NCBI GenBank assembly: GCA_048885525.1
Contig: JBHLLP010000015.1
Coordinates: 1-64,000, forward strand
Direction of reading: 5' to 3'
Length of the DNA: 64,000 nt
DNA from: Candidatus Hermodarchaeota archaeon
GTDB taxonomy: Archaea > Asgardarchaeota > Lokiarchaeia > Sigyniarchaeales > SOKP01
The notes beneath the pieces are model-generated. The model was not told the DNA's origin, made no database searches, and worked only from the letters and a program-made list of their open reading frames with translations. Position numbers and translations under genes: made by a program. This document shows, in pieces, positions 30,120 to 40,107 of the stretch (position 1 is the first letter of the stretch; the number at the start of each line of letters is the position of its first letter).

Positions 30120-31066
30120 CAAAATTTTTCAGTCAGTTCTAATTTCATTCCACAAAATCTGCAAATAATATGAGTTTCTTTTAGTTTTTCTTCTTTTTTC
30201 TCTTGAATTGTAGGGATTGTTCTTATATCTTCAGTTTTCACTTGAGGAGCTTTAATCACCGGTTCCTCATATGATTTTGGTTGTTCTATCTTTGAGCTTG
30301 GGGGAATTTCTTGTTCTTGTGGCATGATAACTATTTTTGGTTCTCTTTCTTTTTTGATTGTTATCACTGGCTTTACAATTTCCTCTTGTTCAATTTCTGG
30401 CAGAACTTTCTTAAGTTGAGCTCCACAATTAACACAAAATTGATTCTTCAAGTCTAAGATTTTATGACCACAGCTATGACAAAGGTTAATTATTTCACTA
30501 GACGGTCTACCTTTATAGGGATTGATTGTAGGGATCGATTTTAATTCTTCAGTTTTTAATTGAGAAGCTTTTAGTAAATGGTTTATTCGATCTTTTTTTG
30601 CTTTTAATCGTTCTTTAAAGAATTTCTCTTGCAAATTTGAGTATTCCTTATAATTCTCTACTGTTGTTTTTCTTAAACTATTCTTAGTTCCACAAACTTC
30701 ACAAACGTCCTTATTTATAATGGTAAATTCCCCACAATAAAGACAAAAAAAAGGATGATCTTTTAAAAAAGACTCTATATCTCCTTCTTTTAAATCCAAT
30801 ATACTCGGATGAGATTCTTCCGGTCCTAGCTTTTGTTCTCTTATTTGAGCTTGGCTAGGTGATCGTTTTTCTATAATGTAATGCTGAAAATCCTTTTTTT
30901 TAGCTAATCTTAAACTATATCTATTTCCACAACCTTCACAATATTCTCTATGTGTATCTGTAAATTTCTTGCAGCTATCACAAATATAAGGTTGGGCCTT
31001 TAAGAATGCTTTCCTATCTTGTATTAAAGGTTTGTGATCTTCTGTTGACCATTTTTCTGAAAAAAT
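30092..31066 (-). CDS. Multi-zinc-ribbon protein (four CxxC...CxxC modules); start uncertain
   Basis: Frame open 89 codons upstream of the called start, adding FLKAQPYICDSC..YCEGCG..SLR, a repeat of FLKDHPFFCLYC..VCEVCG..SLR. Confidence 0.75.
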   Translation of the reverse strand: MFSEKWSTEDHKPLIQDRKAFLKAQPYICDSCKKFTDTHREYCEGCGNRYSLRLAKKKDFQHYIIEKRSPSQAQIREQKLGPEESHPSILDLKEGDIESFLKDHPFFCLYCGEFTIINKDVCEVCGTKNSLRKTTVENYKEYSNLQEKFFKERLKAKKDRINHLLKASQLKTEELKSIPTINPYKGRPSSEIINLCHSCGHKILDLKNQFCVNCGAQLKKVLPEIEQEEIVKPVITIKKEREPKIVIMPQEQEIPPSSKIEQPKSYEEPVIKAPQVKTEDIRTIPTIQEKKEEKLKETHIICRFCGMKLELTEKFCYQCGTIIK

Positions 31067-31176
31067 ATTTCACCATAAAAACTATTATTTATGGAATAAA
31101 AATGGATTATTAGTTTTTTAAATAATTTAGAATTTAAATATTTCTGTAAACATTAAATAAGGAATTTTGAAATAAA

Positions 31177-31800
31177 TTATTTCTTAATCCCTAAAATTGC
31201 TCGATGTCTCTGTCTATCATTGTAAATTTCTAATATATTAAATGAACCAAAAACCTCATGAATTTCCTCCATAGTAAAAAAATGGTGTGGAAGTCCTTTT
31301 TCTTGTCCTGCTTGAGGTATATAAGTATTTTTCTCAATTTCCTTTAGCTCCCACTCTTCTAATCTAGATGTGCCTTCCAATCTAGGGAAAGTTATAAATA
31401 TAATACCACCTTTTTTTAAAACCCTATCAATTTCGTTTACTGTGATTAATATATCTTTCATTCTATTATGATGAATAACCTGAATTGATATAATGGCATC
31501 AAAAAAATTATCTTCATAGGGAAATTTTTCTTCCATTCTATGAAGGATTATTTCAGTCTTCAGACCTTCCTCTGAAAGCCACTTTTTAGCAATTGAAATT
31601 CCTTTAGGTGAAGAATCCATACCATAGATTTCAAATCCCTTTTTTGAAAAATATAAAAGATGGCGACCCGTTCCAGACCCAATGTCTAATATTTTCTGTA
31701 CTCCCCTCTCTTTAAAGAGTTTTGCAATTTTATCCATATCTTGATGAGGTTCAGTGAAAACTTTACCCTTTTCAGAGAAAATTTTATCCCAATCTGGCAT
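31177..31800 (-). CDS. Class I SAM-dependent methyltransferase
   Basis: ILDIGSGTGRH, FFDAII, RVLKKGG; ATG at 31800. Confidence 0.9.
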   Translation of the reverse strand: MPDWDKIFSEKGKVFTEPHQDMDKIAKLFKERGVQKILDIGSGTGRHLLYFSKKGFEIYGMDSSPKGISIAKKWLSEEGLKTEIILHRMEEKFPYEDNFFDAIISIQVIHHNRMKDILITVNEIDRVLKKGGIIFITFPRLEGTSRLEEWELKEIEKNTYIPQAGQEKGLPHHFFTMEEIHEVFGSFNILEIYNDRQRHRAILGIKK

Positions 31801-31824
31801 AAAAAGTATCAAACCTTTAAAAAA

Positions 31825-32790
31825 TTAATCGTAATTACAGTCCCAGAAATATCTTCCATGCTCCTTTTTAAAAGCTTCTGCTACTTCATCTACTTGAGGT
31901 CGAATAAATTCATAACCATCTTTAATACATTCATAATTAACTGGTAATACATCTAAGATCTCACCATCAACTTGACAAATATAAGGATTAGGCTCTTCAG
32001 AATCTAACATCTCAACTCTTACTTTTTTACTGGTGTATTCATAGATATTCGGATGAGGTAAAAGAGTAGCTTTATACATTCTGTTAAAATGTTTAAGTAA
32101 TTTGAATTTACCAATATCTACAATATTTACATGAAAAAGACCATCATTTACTTGAGCTCTCTGGCAAATGTACATAAAACCTCCATAACTAGGACCATTA
32201 GCACATGCTAAAAGATTAGCATATCCCTCAAAAGCGTCATTATCCATAGTTACCTTAATTTGTTTATTCTTCCAAGGTAATAACGCTATAAGAGTTTGGG
32301 TAAAATAACTTTTCCCTCTTTTAGCCTTATTAAATCTCCTAGTTACATCACTGTCGAAACCCTGACTCCCAATCCCTAAGAAGTAACGTTCAATACCTGA
32401 GTCAGTTTTTGCATAACCAATATCTGATTTACTACTATTATTTTCAGCAATTATCTCACAAGCTCTTTTTATATCAGGACGAATTCCAATAGCAGCAGGA
32501 ATATCATTTCCAGATCCCATAGGAATAAACCCACATAAGGCATTAGTATTCGAAGTTATAACTCCATTCATGACTTCATTACAAGTGCCATCTCCTCCAG
32601 CACCAATAACTTTATATCCATCTTTTGCTAATTGCCTTCCTAATTCTATTGCATGTCTCATATATTCAGTATCAAACAATTTGTATGAAACATTTAACTC
32701 TTTAAGACATTTTTCCATAAAATTAATATCTCTTTTTGCCCCTTTCCCTTTACCAGCCTCAGGATTATAAATTATTGCATAATCTTCCAT
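31825..32790 (-). CDS. Diacylglycerol/lipid kinase family (YegS/DAGK)
   Basis: NPEAG, GGDGT.NEV.NG, IPMGSGND, NG..YGG, QVDGE. Confidence 0.92.
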   Translation of the reverse strand: MEDYAIIYNPEAGKGKGAKRDINFMEKCLKELNVSYKLFDTEYMRHAIELGRQLAKDGYKVIGAGGDGTCNEVMNGVITSNTNALCGFIPMGSGNDIPAAIGIRPDIKRACEIIAENNSSKSDIGYAKTDSGIERYFLGIGSQGFDSDVTRRFNKAKRGKSYFTQTLIALLPWKNKQIKVTMDNDAFEGYANLLACANGPSYGGFMYICQRAQVNDGLFHVNIVDIGKFKLLKHFNRMYKATLLPHPNIYEYTSKKVRVEMLDSEEPNPYICQVDGEILDVLPVNYECIKDGYEFIRPQVDEVAEAFKKEHGRYFWDCNYD

Positions 32791-32978
32791 TCTTATCAAA
32801 TCTGATATTATAGATGACTTAAAATAAATTAAAAATGCTTTAATCACTATTTTAAATTCTGAACTATTTAAAACTATATTTAAATTTCAAAATCTATGAG
32901 TTTAACTTTAAGCTTAGATTATAATATTCTTTCTAATTTGTTGTAAAATAATATCTAGAAGAAAAATTAAACAAAATC

Positions 32979-33770
32979 TCAGTGTGCTCTCCATTCATGG
33001 CCACATTCGGCGCAAGAGTGTTTTTTACCATAAATTTTTGGATAATCCATGAGAATCACGCTTTTATCATCCATTTCATGAATAAGACCTTCATTTCCAC
33101 AATTAGGGCATTTTCTACGTCCATCAGCATTTTCGACCACCGATAAACTATTATTTTGAGAAATCAAAGATAAATTATCTCCAATAGTCTTTAAAACAGA
33201 TTCTTTGCTCTCTGATGGAGTTTGATTTTTAATTGATAATTCCGCTTTATTTAATAAATAATCCTCATTAACCATTATCATATATCCCTTAACTATTGAA
33301 TGAAATTCATCTTTCTTTGGCAACCTGTCATATTCTTTAATGAAATTATCTACAAATCTTTTAATTTCTTCAATTTTTATGGTGTATCCTTTTAATTCGA
33401 TTAATCTCTTGATTTCTTTAATAATTTCCTCTTTTGAAAGTTTTGGTTTCTTAATTTCATGGACAAATGTTGAGTTATTCAATTTCTTTTTAAATTCACT
33501 CCATAATTGACTAACTTGAGCATCTGTTAATTTTCCCTTAATTTGTATATATACTCTATTATTGGGTTCTTTTAAAACTGTAATTCTATTATTCTTTCGT
33601 TGCTCATCATCATTAATACTATCAAAATAGTTTATTCTAAGTAAGGATCTTCCCAGCTTTTCAGAGGTAGTTGACAGAGATAACTTTTTTTCTAAAACAT
33701 TTTCTACAATCTTTTGGATATCATCGTTGTTTTTATCTCTTATGTCGAATGAATGACTTCTTTCCAACAT
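32979..33770 (-). CDS. Hypothetical protein with C-terminal zinc ribbon
   Basis: C-terminal CPNCG...CAECGHEW; long ORF with ATG start. Confidence 0.7.
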   Translation of the reverse strand: MLERSHSFDIRDKNNDDIQKIVENVLEKKLSLSTTSEKLGRSLLRINYFDSINDDEQRKNNRITVLKEPNNRVYIQIKGKLTDAQVSQLWSEFKKKLNNSTFVHEIKKPKLSKEEIIKEIKRLIELKGYTIKIEEIKRFVDNFIKEYDRLPKKDEFHSIVKGYMIMVNEDYLLNKAELSIKNQTPSESKESVLKTIGDNLSLISQNNSLSVVENADGRRKCPNCGNEGLIHEMDDKSVILMDYPKIYGKKHSCAECGHEWRAH

Positions 33771-33988
33771 TATAGCGTTCTTAACCCTATTTAAGATTGG
33801 TTTTTTTCATTCAATCTGGATAATTTTATTCTAGATTTTTTTATTTAAAATGTTTCTCTTTTAATATAATTCAAATTCTAAACTAATAGATGGAAAATTT
33901 CAATATTCTAAATTTGATTTAATATGTTAAGAAAATTTATATTGATATTTTTATTTAATTTGACCATAGAACAACTGATTTTTTTGTT

Positions 33989-34693
33989 ATGGAGAAAAAA
34001 GATTTAATACCCGCAATTAATAAGAAAAAGATTAAGAAAAAGGAATATTCGTCAAAAAGGAAAATTATCACCACGGTTGTATTAATTATCTTAGCGTTTT
34101 CAGGATCCTTTTTAATTTATTTTATATTGCAATTGGCTTTACATACTAACACTCCTATGGTTGTTGTGGTTTCTGAATCCATGGAACCAAACCTATTAAA
34201 AGGTGATCTATTATTTTTAGAAGGAAGAGATCCATCCCAAATAAAAAATGGTACTATAAGTGGAAAAGAAGGTGATGTTATTGTCTTTGACGCTCGAAAT
34301 TTACCCGGATGGATAAAGCCTCCTAATGATCCAATTGTTCATCGTGTTATTGATAAATGGTATGATGGTGCCTGGTTTTTTCGAACTAAAGGAGATGCAA
34401 ACCCAACAATTGATGATGCTCCTGTTCCTGCTAATAGGATTTTAGGTGTTGTAATAGGAAGAATCCCCTATATTGGATGGGTAAAAATAGTCCTTACAGA
34501 TACAGGATTATTAATTCCACTATTAGTTATTGTCTCAACTTTATTGATAATAAGTATCATATGGGATATTGTAAAAAAGGATGATAATGGTAAAGAGAAA
34601 AAGAAGGGAGAACAAAACTTAATCTATAATCCAGAAGCTAAAACTGATAAATCAGTAAGACAAATTGAAATCAACTTTACAAAAAATGAATAA
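33989..34693 (+). CDS. Signal peptidase I, Sec11/SipW type (S26B)
   Basis: VVSESMEP, GDVIVF, IVHRV (Ser-His dyad), TKGDAN, IPYIGW. Confidence 0.93.
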   Translation: MEKKDLIPAINKKKIKKKEYSSKRKIITTVVLIILAFSGSFLIYFILQLALHTNTPMVVVVSESMEPNLLKGDLLFLEGRDPSQIKNGTISGKEGDVIVFDARNLPGWIKPPNDPIVHRVIDKWYDGAWFFRTKGDANPTIDDAPVPANRILGVVIGRIPYIGWVKIVLTDTGLLIPLLVIVSTLLIISIIWDIVKKDDNGKEKKKGEQNLIYNPEAKTDKSVRQIEINFTKNE

Positions 34694-34833
34694 TTCTTCT
34701 CATATTGTAGCGAAGCATTTTTCATCCATCTTATAAAAAATTTAATATAAATTTATAAACAAATCTACTAAATATTTACTTACAACAATTTTAAAACATG
34801 AACATAATTAAAAACTAAATTTGGTGTAAAAAA

Positions 34834-35052
34834 ATGGGATGGACTCCTCCAAGCAAATTTACTGTAATTTTAACCCTTCTATTGATGGTTTTTGGAATTT
34901 TTATCTTACTTGATCTTGAGGCGCTATTTTGGACCAGTTTATTACCTGCATTTAATATCGGAACGTTTGATGGATGGTTCATTATTGCATTGATACTATT
35001 TTTCCTCACTTGGTTTCTTTTCTTTATGGGAGTAAAGCTGAAAGGATTATAG
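34834..35052 (+). CDS. Small two-TM protein (paralog 1)
   Basis: MGWTPPSKF...GVKLKGL; GGTGT SD; paralog at 35242. Confidence 0.85.
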   Translation: MGWTPPSKFTVILTLLLMVFGIFILLDLEALFWTSLLPAFNIGTFDGWFIIALILFFLTWFLFFMGVKLKGL

Positions 35053-35241
35053 TTCTTAGACTTTTTAAAACATTTTTTTTAATTTTTACTTACAATAACT
35101 CTTTTTAATAAAAGATGAGCCTTACTTTATTATCCCTTTAGAAATTGATATACATTTATAATTAGATAAATCAAATAACATCATATTAAATTTTAATTAG
35201 GAAAAAAAGAAAAAATTTAAAAAAAAATCGGTGTTTAGAAA

Positions 35242-35472
35242 ATGGCATGGACCCCACCAAGTAAATTTATTGTAGTTTTAACCTTTCTTTTAATGGCCTT
35301 TGGAGTATTTATCCTACTTGATATGTCTGTTATATTTTGGAATGATCTTATATTACCTAGTGTCTATCTTCCTGGATTATCAAATTTCCAATCGTGGATG
35401 CTGATTGCTATGATATTATTCTTTTTCGCTTGGTTTCTATTTTTCCTCGGTGTAAAAGTAAAAGGTATGTGA
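35242..35472 (+). CDS. Small two-TM protein (paralog 2)
   Basis: MAWTPPSKF...GVKVKGM; GGTGT SD. Confidence 0.85.
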   Translation: MAWTPPSKFIVVLTFLLMAFGVFILLDMSVIFWNDLILPSVYLPGLSNFQSWMLIAMILFFFAWFLFFLGVKVKGM

Positions 35473-35610
35473 TTTATTAATTTTTAATCTCTTTTTTTTC
35501 ATTTTTATTTGGAAATATCCCTTTTGAATCAGATTATTTCAGATTATATAAAATCTTTATTAATTTGACAATAAAATTTAAAACATTTCTAAAATTTCAA
35601 GAAAATGTTA

Positions 35611-35640
35611 TTACCGTAATTTATTAAGAAATTACGATAA
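35611..35640. promoter_or_regulatory. Inverted repeat enclosing a TATA-like box upstream of alba
   Basis: TTACCGTAATTT-ATTAAG-AAATTACGATAA, 11 of 12 arm positions pair; overlaps TTTATTAA. Confidence 0.5.
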
Positions 35641-35727
35641 AACTTCAATACGTAATACGCAAACGCAAAAAAACTTAAAAAAGTAAGGAAATACAATAAA
35701 AATTAAAAAACAAATGAGGAAATTAAA

Positions 35728-36006
35728 ATGGCTAAGGAAGAAAACGCTGTGTTTGTTGGACGCCGTCCTACCATGAACTATGTGATGGCAACTATGATGA
35801 TCCTTAATAAAGGTGAGGAATGTACCGTTAAAGCTCGAGGTAGAGCTATTTCACATGCTGTTGATGTATGTGAAATTTTAAGAAATAGATTCCTAAAAGG
35901 TACAGAGTATAAAGACATCAAACTTTCCACAGAACAGCTTGAAGGAGAAAATGGGCAGAATAACAATGTTTCAAGCATTGAAATAGTACTTGCTCCTCCA
36001 AAATAA
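35728..36006 (+). CDS. albA: Alba (Sac10b) chromatin/RNA-binding protein
   Basis: [33 protein letters not shown]. Confidence 0.96.
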   Translation: MAKEENAVFVGRRPTMNYVMATMMILNKGEECTVKARGRAISHAVDVCEILRNRFLKGTEYKDIKLSTEQLEGENGQNNNVSSIEIVLAPPK

Positions 36007-36425
36007 ATAGTGAAATTAACTTTACTTCGCTGAATCAAAATAACACAATTTTTACTTTTTTTTTTAATATTTTATTCTTAAATATTGTATTATCTTAACA
36101 ATCTAATAACAATTTTAAGAAAAAAAACAAAAATATGACAATAAATTAATTAAATTTTGCTTGTGAAAGAATACGAGAAGCAATTTTATTAATCAGTTAT
36201 TATTTCAAAAGATATTATCTTGTTAATATATCTTTTTATAGTTTATGAATGTCCCATTCTTGTCAGTTTCCTTGAAATATAAAGGAAATTATGATTTTTT
36301 TAGTAAAATCACAAACATTTAATAATACAGTTAGGAAAATAATAATTAACAAAACATTATTTATTTCAATTTTAAATCCTATTTTAAATAAATTTTTAAA
36401 AAATTCTAAAAGAGGAAGATAAAAA

Positions 36426-36626
36426 ATGGCGAAAAAAGCTGCAAAATCTGAACCTTTGTTTGTAAAGTCAAAGGTTAGAGAATATATTAAAGGGAAAGGG
36501 TGTAATACTAGTAGTGGTGTCCTTGATGGGGACACTTTGAATGGACTCATTATGGAGATGTTAGATCACGCTGTAAGACGAGCACAAGCTAATAATCGAA
36601 AGACAGTAAAGGCAAGAGATTTATAA
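36426..36626 (+). CDS. Histone-fold protein, alpha3-truncated type
   Basis: LFVKSKVREYIK..NTS...RRAQANNRKTVKARDL*; RxTxxxxD histone motif at the extreme C-terminus. Confidence 0.88.
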   Translation: MAKKAAKSEPLFVKSKVREYIKGKGCNTSSGVLDGDTLNGLIMEMLDHAVRRAQANNRKTVKARDL

Positions 36627-36645
36627 ATTCACTTGCCAACATAAC

Positions 36646-36657
36646 TTTTTTTTTTTA
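36646..36657 (+). terminator. Oligo-T terminator after the histone gene
   Basis: Run of 12 T about 20 nt after the stop, between convergent genes. Confidence 0.5.
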
Positions 36658-36686
36658 TTATCTATTTCTTTAAGAAATTATATTAT

Positions 36687-38780
36687 TTAGATAATTATTG
36701 AAGGTTTTTCAAACTTAGCTTGACTTATTCCAGTAGATAAGTCTTTTTCAACAATTATTTTAGATGTGGATATATCATGTGGAATTGCTGTATGAGTTAT
36801 TAGAAAAATTTGAGAAAAAGATTTAGATTTAATCAAGTGTTTTAGAATACGCTCTCTTCGAGTTTCGTCCAAAGCAGCTAAGGGTTCATCCAAAAGCAGA
36901 AAATTAACTTTGGGATTTCTTCTAGGGGAATCTTTAGTAGGACGAATCGAACTCATTAATTCTGATATTGCAAGACGTAATGCAATTCCTAAAGCTGTTA
37001 GATCTCCACCTGAAAGAACCTCGGTTGATTCATATTCTCCATTATAATTATCTCTGATTTTTAAAGACAAACCAGTTTTTCTCGTTCCGCTCAAATCAAG
37101 TAGTAAATCACTATATTGACCAGATGTAAAATCTTTAATATATTTATCGGTAGTAAGAGCTATATTTTTCACTAAACGTTTTACAACCATATATTCAGTG
37201 ACAAATCGCCGTACAAATTCTTTTGCTTTATTAATATGATCTATATCAACTTCATATTCTCCGATTTTTTTTTTTAAATCTTTCATTTTTTGAATTTCAT
37301 TATGTAAAATTCCTATTCTTTCTTTATTACTTTGAAGTTTTAGCTGTTTTTCCTTAATATCATTTAAAAGAGCTTTTAACTCTGTAGAGAATTTTTCCTT
37401 TTCAATTGATAATTTTTTGATCCCTTCAATACTCGAGTCTTTAAATTTAGATCCATTTTTCGAGAGGAAATTATTTAACTCGATTTCAATTTCTTTTGAT
37501 TCAGATTCATATTTTTTATAATTCTGGAAATCTTCTTTAAGACCTTGATAAATTGTTGTATCTTCTTTGAATTTATCTAATCGCTCTTGAATTAATTTAA
37601 TCTCTGTGTCAAAATTCGTTAAAATTTTAGTAATAGAATCAATCTTATCTTGATTTATTTTAATTTCATCATTGAATTTCATAATCATTTCATCATAATG
37701 TTCTTTTGTTAACTCATTTTGACAAGTTGGACATTGTGCAATTTCTTTTCCCTCTTTCATTTTCGTAAACTTTAAACTTTTCTCCATTTTTTTCATAGAT
37801 TTTTTTATATCTTCTATTCTTCCCTTCGTTTTCCCTAATCCTTTAAATGTTGCCTTTCTTTTCTCCTCTAATTCATCTTTATTTCTTTTTAATATAATGT
37901 TTTTCTCTTTTAATGTACTGATTTTATGAATAATTGTATCTTGAGAATCAAAATCATCAAAATTAAGATCTGTTTTCTTGATTTTTGCTTTAAAATCATT
38001 TTCATATGATAAATATTTATCATCTGCAATTGTCTTTTGATTATATAAATTTTCTAACTCTGAGATTAATTTATTTGAAGGAAAATCCTTAATTATCTGT
38101 TCATAATCTTCTTTTTTTTCCTTTTTTTCTGTGATTTGTTTTTGAAATTGAACATTTTCTTTTTCAATACGGGTAATATCTTCATTAATTCGTTCAATTG
38201 GAACTCTTGATTTCTCAAGATTTTCTTTTTCATATTTCTTTCCTTTAGACTCACTATCTAAAAAATTAAGAGCATCATCAATTATATTTAACCGAAATAA
38301 GTCAATTAACATCTCTCGTAATTCCGCTCCCCTTTTGTTAGCCAATTCTTCTACTTCGCCTTGACGTACAAAGACAGTACTCATTGCTTGCTCTGAAGAA
38401 ATTTCAAAAAATTTTTCGACATTAAAACGTTTTACTTCTTGATAAATTGTTTTATTCTCTGGTAATTCGAATAGCTTTGTAATTATACTTCCTGTTCTAC
38501 CCCATTTTCGATAAATATAATATTTTACTTTATCCAGTGTGAAATACACATAGATCTCTGACTTTTTGGCTCCATATGTTATAAATGAATCTGCATTTCT
38601 TCCTTTAAAGACCCTAGGTCCAAAAAATGCAAAAAGAATTCCCTCTAAGATAGTTGATTTGCCATATGAATTTTTCCCACTTATAAGAATTAGTCCTTCA
38701 GGTAATTCTTCAGCACCTTTAGGCAAGTTCAACTGTTTGTAACCCATGAAATTTTTAAAAGTAAGCTTATTGATTAACAT
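36687..38780 (-). CDS. rad50: Rad50/SbcC ATPase
   Basis: Walker A GKNSYGKST, Q-loop VRQGE, zinc hook CPTC, LSGG signature, LLDEP, ITH. Confidence 0.92.
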   Translation of the reverse strand: MLINKLTFKNFMGYKQLNLPKGAEELPEGLILISGKNSYGKSTILEGILFAFFGPRVFKGRNADSFITYGAKKSEIYVYFTLDKVKYYIYRKWGRTGSIITKLFELPENKTIYQEVKRFNVEKFFEISSEQAMSTVFVRQGEVEELANKRGAELREMLIDLFRLNIIDDALNFLDSESKGKKYEKENLEKSRVPIERINEDITRIEKENVQFQKQITEKKEKKEDYEQIIKDFPSNKLISELENLYNQKTIADDKYLSYENDFKAKIKKTDLNFDDFDSQDTIIHKISTLKEKNIILKRNKDELEEKRKATFKGLGKTKGRIEDIKKSMKKMEKSLKFTKMKEGKEIAQCPTCQNELTKEHYDEMIMKFNDEIKINQDKIDSITKILTNFDTEIKLIQERLDKFKEDTTIYQGLKEDFQNYKKYESESKEIEIELNNFLSKNGSKFKDSSIEGIKKLSIEKEKFSTELKALLNDIKEKQLKLQSNKERIGILHNEIQKMKDLKKKIGEYEVDIDHINKAKEFVRRFVTEYMVVKRLVKNIALTTDKYIKDFTSGQYSDLLLDLSGTRKTGLSLKIRDNYNGEYESTEVLSGGDLTALGIALRLAISELMSSIRPTKDSPRRNPKVNFLLLDEPLAALDETRRERILKHLIKSKSFSQIFLITHTAIPHDISTSKIIVEKDLSTGISQAKFEKPSIII

Positions 38781-38787
38781 CGATAAA

Positions 38788-40095
38788 CTATACCTCTTTT
38801 TCTTTTTCCATTATTCGTAATGCTTTTTTTAAAGCGCTCATCCCAAATTCAGTTAACTTGTCTAGATTGTATTCTGTTTTATCTTCACTCAGTTTTTCTC
38901 TCACAAAAGTTTTAAATTCATCTTCTGGTTTTTCAAGAATATAATCCAAAATCAACCCCGTACTTATATCATCTTCTAAAGTTTCAGACATATCCGAGAT
39001 TTTCCACAGTAATTGTAATATATTATGTTTATCTGGTTGAGAAAAAATATTTCTTCTAATTTTCGACATCATTTCATTAATTTGCCAATTCCTTTCAAAT
39101 GTCATCTCACCTTCAATATTTACTTTTAACCTAGCAGCTGTCTTATGATTAAATTCTTCTTCTCCGATATGGCGTTTTAATTCATTCAAAACTTGATTTT
39201 CTATATCATTAATAGAATATTTAGCTTTAGCATCAATAACAATAATTTCAAATGGTCTAGTTAATAATTCATCTGTGGATACTCTATCCACAGTTAATTC
39301 TCTTGTACTTTTATCAATGTTAACAATCAGATAACCTTGATTTTCGTATCTTTCTTTAAAATTCATTGGTAATAAACCTCCAGAATAGTAGTGATTTCTC
39401 GATAATTGCTTGAATCCATGCTCATGACCTAAAGCCACATAATCATAGCCAAAGTCATCGGAATTAACTTTGTTATGTAATGTATTGTCGCTAGCAGAGC
39501 CATGAGCTACAGCAATGTTAATATAATTATTATCTTTTGGTTGTTGATTAATTATCCAATTGTCATAAGCAGATTGGTAAGTCTCAAAACTTTTAAATTC
39601 AAAATATGGAAATAAATAAAATCTTACTTTTTTATCAGGGAATTCCAATGATAATGAACTATTTAATTTGATTGCTTCTATTAGATCTCTTTCTTTAAAG
39701 TAAAATAGATTTGGATATTGATCTTTATTAAGATGTGATTCTAAGGGCGTATACTCATATCCTCTAAAAATTCCATGATTTCCTTCGATATATATAAATG
39801 GAACTTGATTATTTGTTTTTTCGAAAAAGATTTTTAATCCCTTTATTAAGGTTCTTCTTGCTGGCTCAGGGGGTGGATATGAACTATATTTAGAAGGGTG
39901 ATGAAAGATGTCTCCACAGTGAACTAAAAAATCAATGTCATTTATGTTAGATATTTCATCCATTACTGCCAAAAAGCAATCATAAATCTCTTGTTCATAA
40001 GGTTTTGAGTAATTATCAATTGCCCATTTGTTTATTGTACCTCTCCTCGCTCTATATCCAAGATGAGTATCTGCCATATGAATTAATTTTACCAT
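38788..40095 (-). CDS. mre11: Mre11/SbcD nuclease
   Basis: ADTHLG, GDIFH, GNH, AHG, YVALGHEH, YSG phosphoesterase motifs; adjacent to rad50. Confidence 0.92.
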   Translation of the reverse strand: MVKLIHMADTHLGYRARRGTINKWAIDNYSKPYEQEIYDCFLAVMDEISNINDIDFLVHCGDIFHHPSKYSSYPPPEPARRTLIKGLKIFFEKTNNQVPFIYIEGNHGIFRGYEYTPLESHLNKDQYPNLFYFKERDLIEAIKLNSSLSLEFPDKKVRFYLFPYFEFKSFETYQSAYDNWIINQQPKDNNYINIAVAHGSASDNTLHNKVNSDDFGYDYVALGHEHGFKQLSRNHYYSGGLLPMNFKERYENQGYLIVNIDKSTRELTVDRVSTDELLTRPFEIIVIDAKAKYSINDIENQVLNELKRHIGEEEFNHKTAARLKVNIEGEMTFERNWQINEMMSKIRRNIFSQPDKHNILQLLWKISDMSETLEDDISTGLILDYILEKPEDEFKTFVREKLSEDKTEYNLDKLTEFGMSALKKALRIMEKEKEV

Positions 40096-40107
40096 TATAT
40101 CACCTTT

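Noticed and set aside
36207-36236. AAAAGATAT...ATATCTTTT inverted repeat upstream of the histone gene
   Set aside because: Almost all A/T in a very AT-rich spacer; no independent support.
36263-36550. 95-aa minus-strand ORF over the histone gene
   Set aside because: Antisense to the histone gene and its AT-rich promoter; low-complexity translation.
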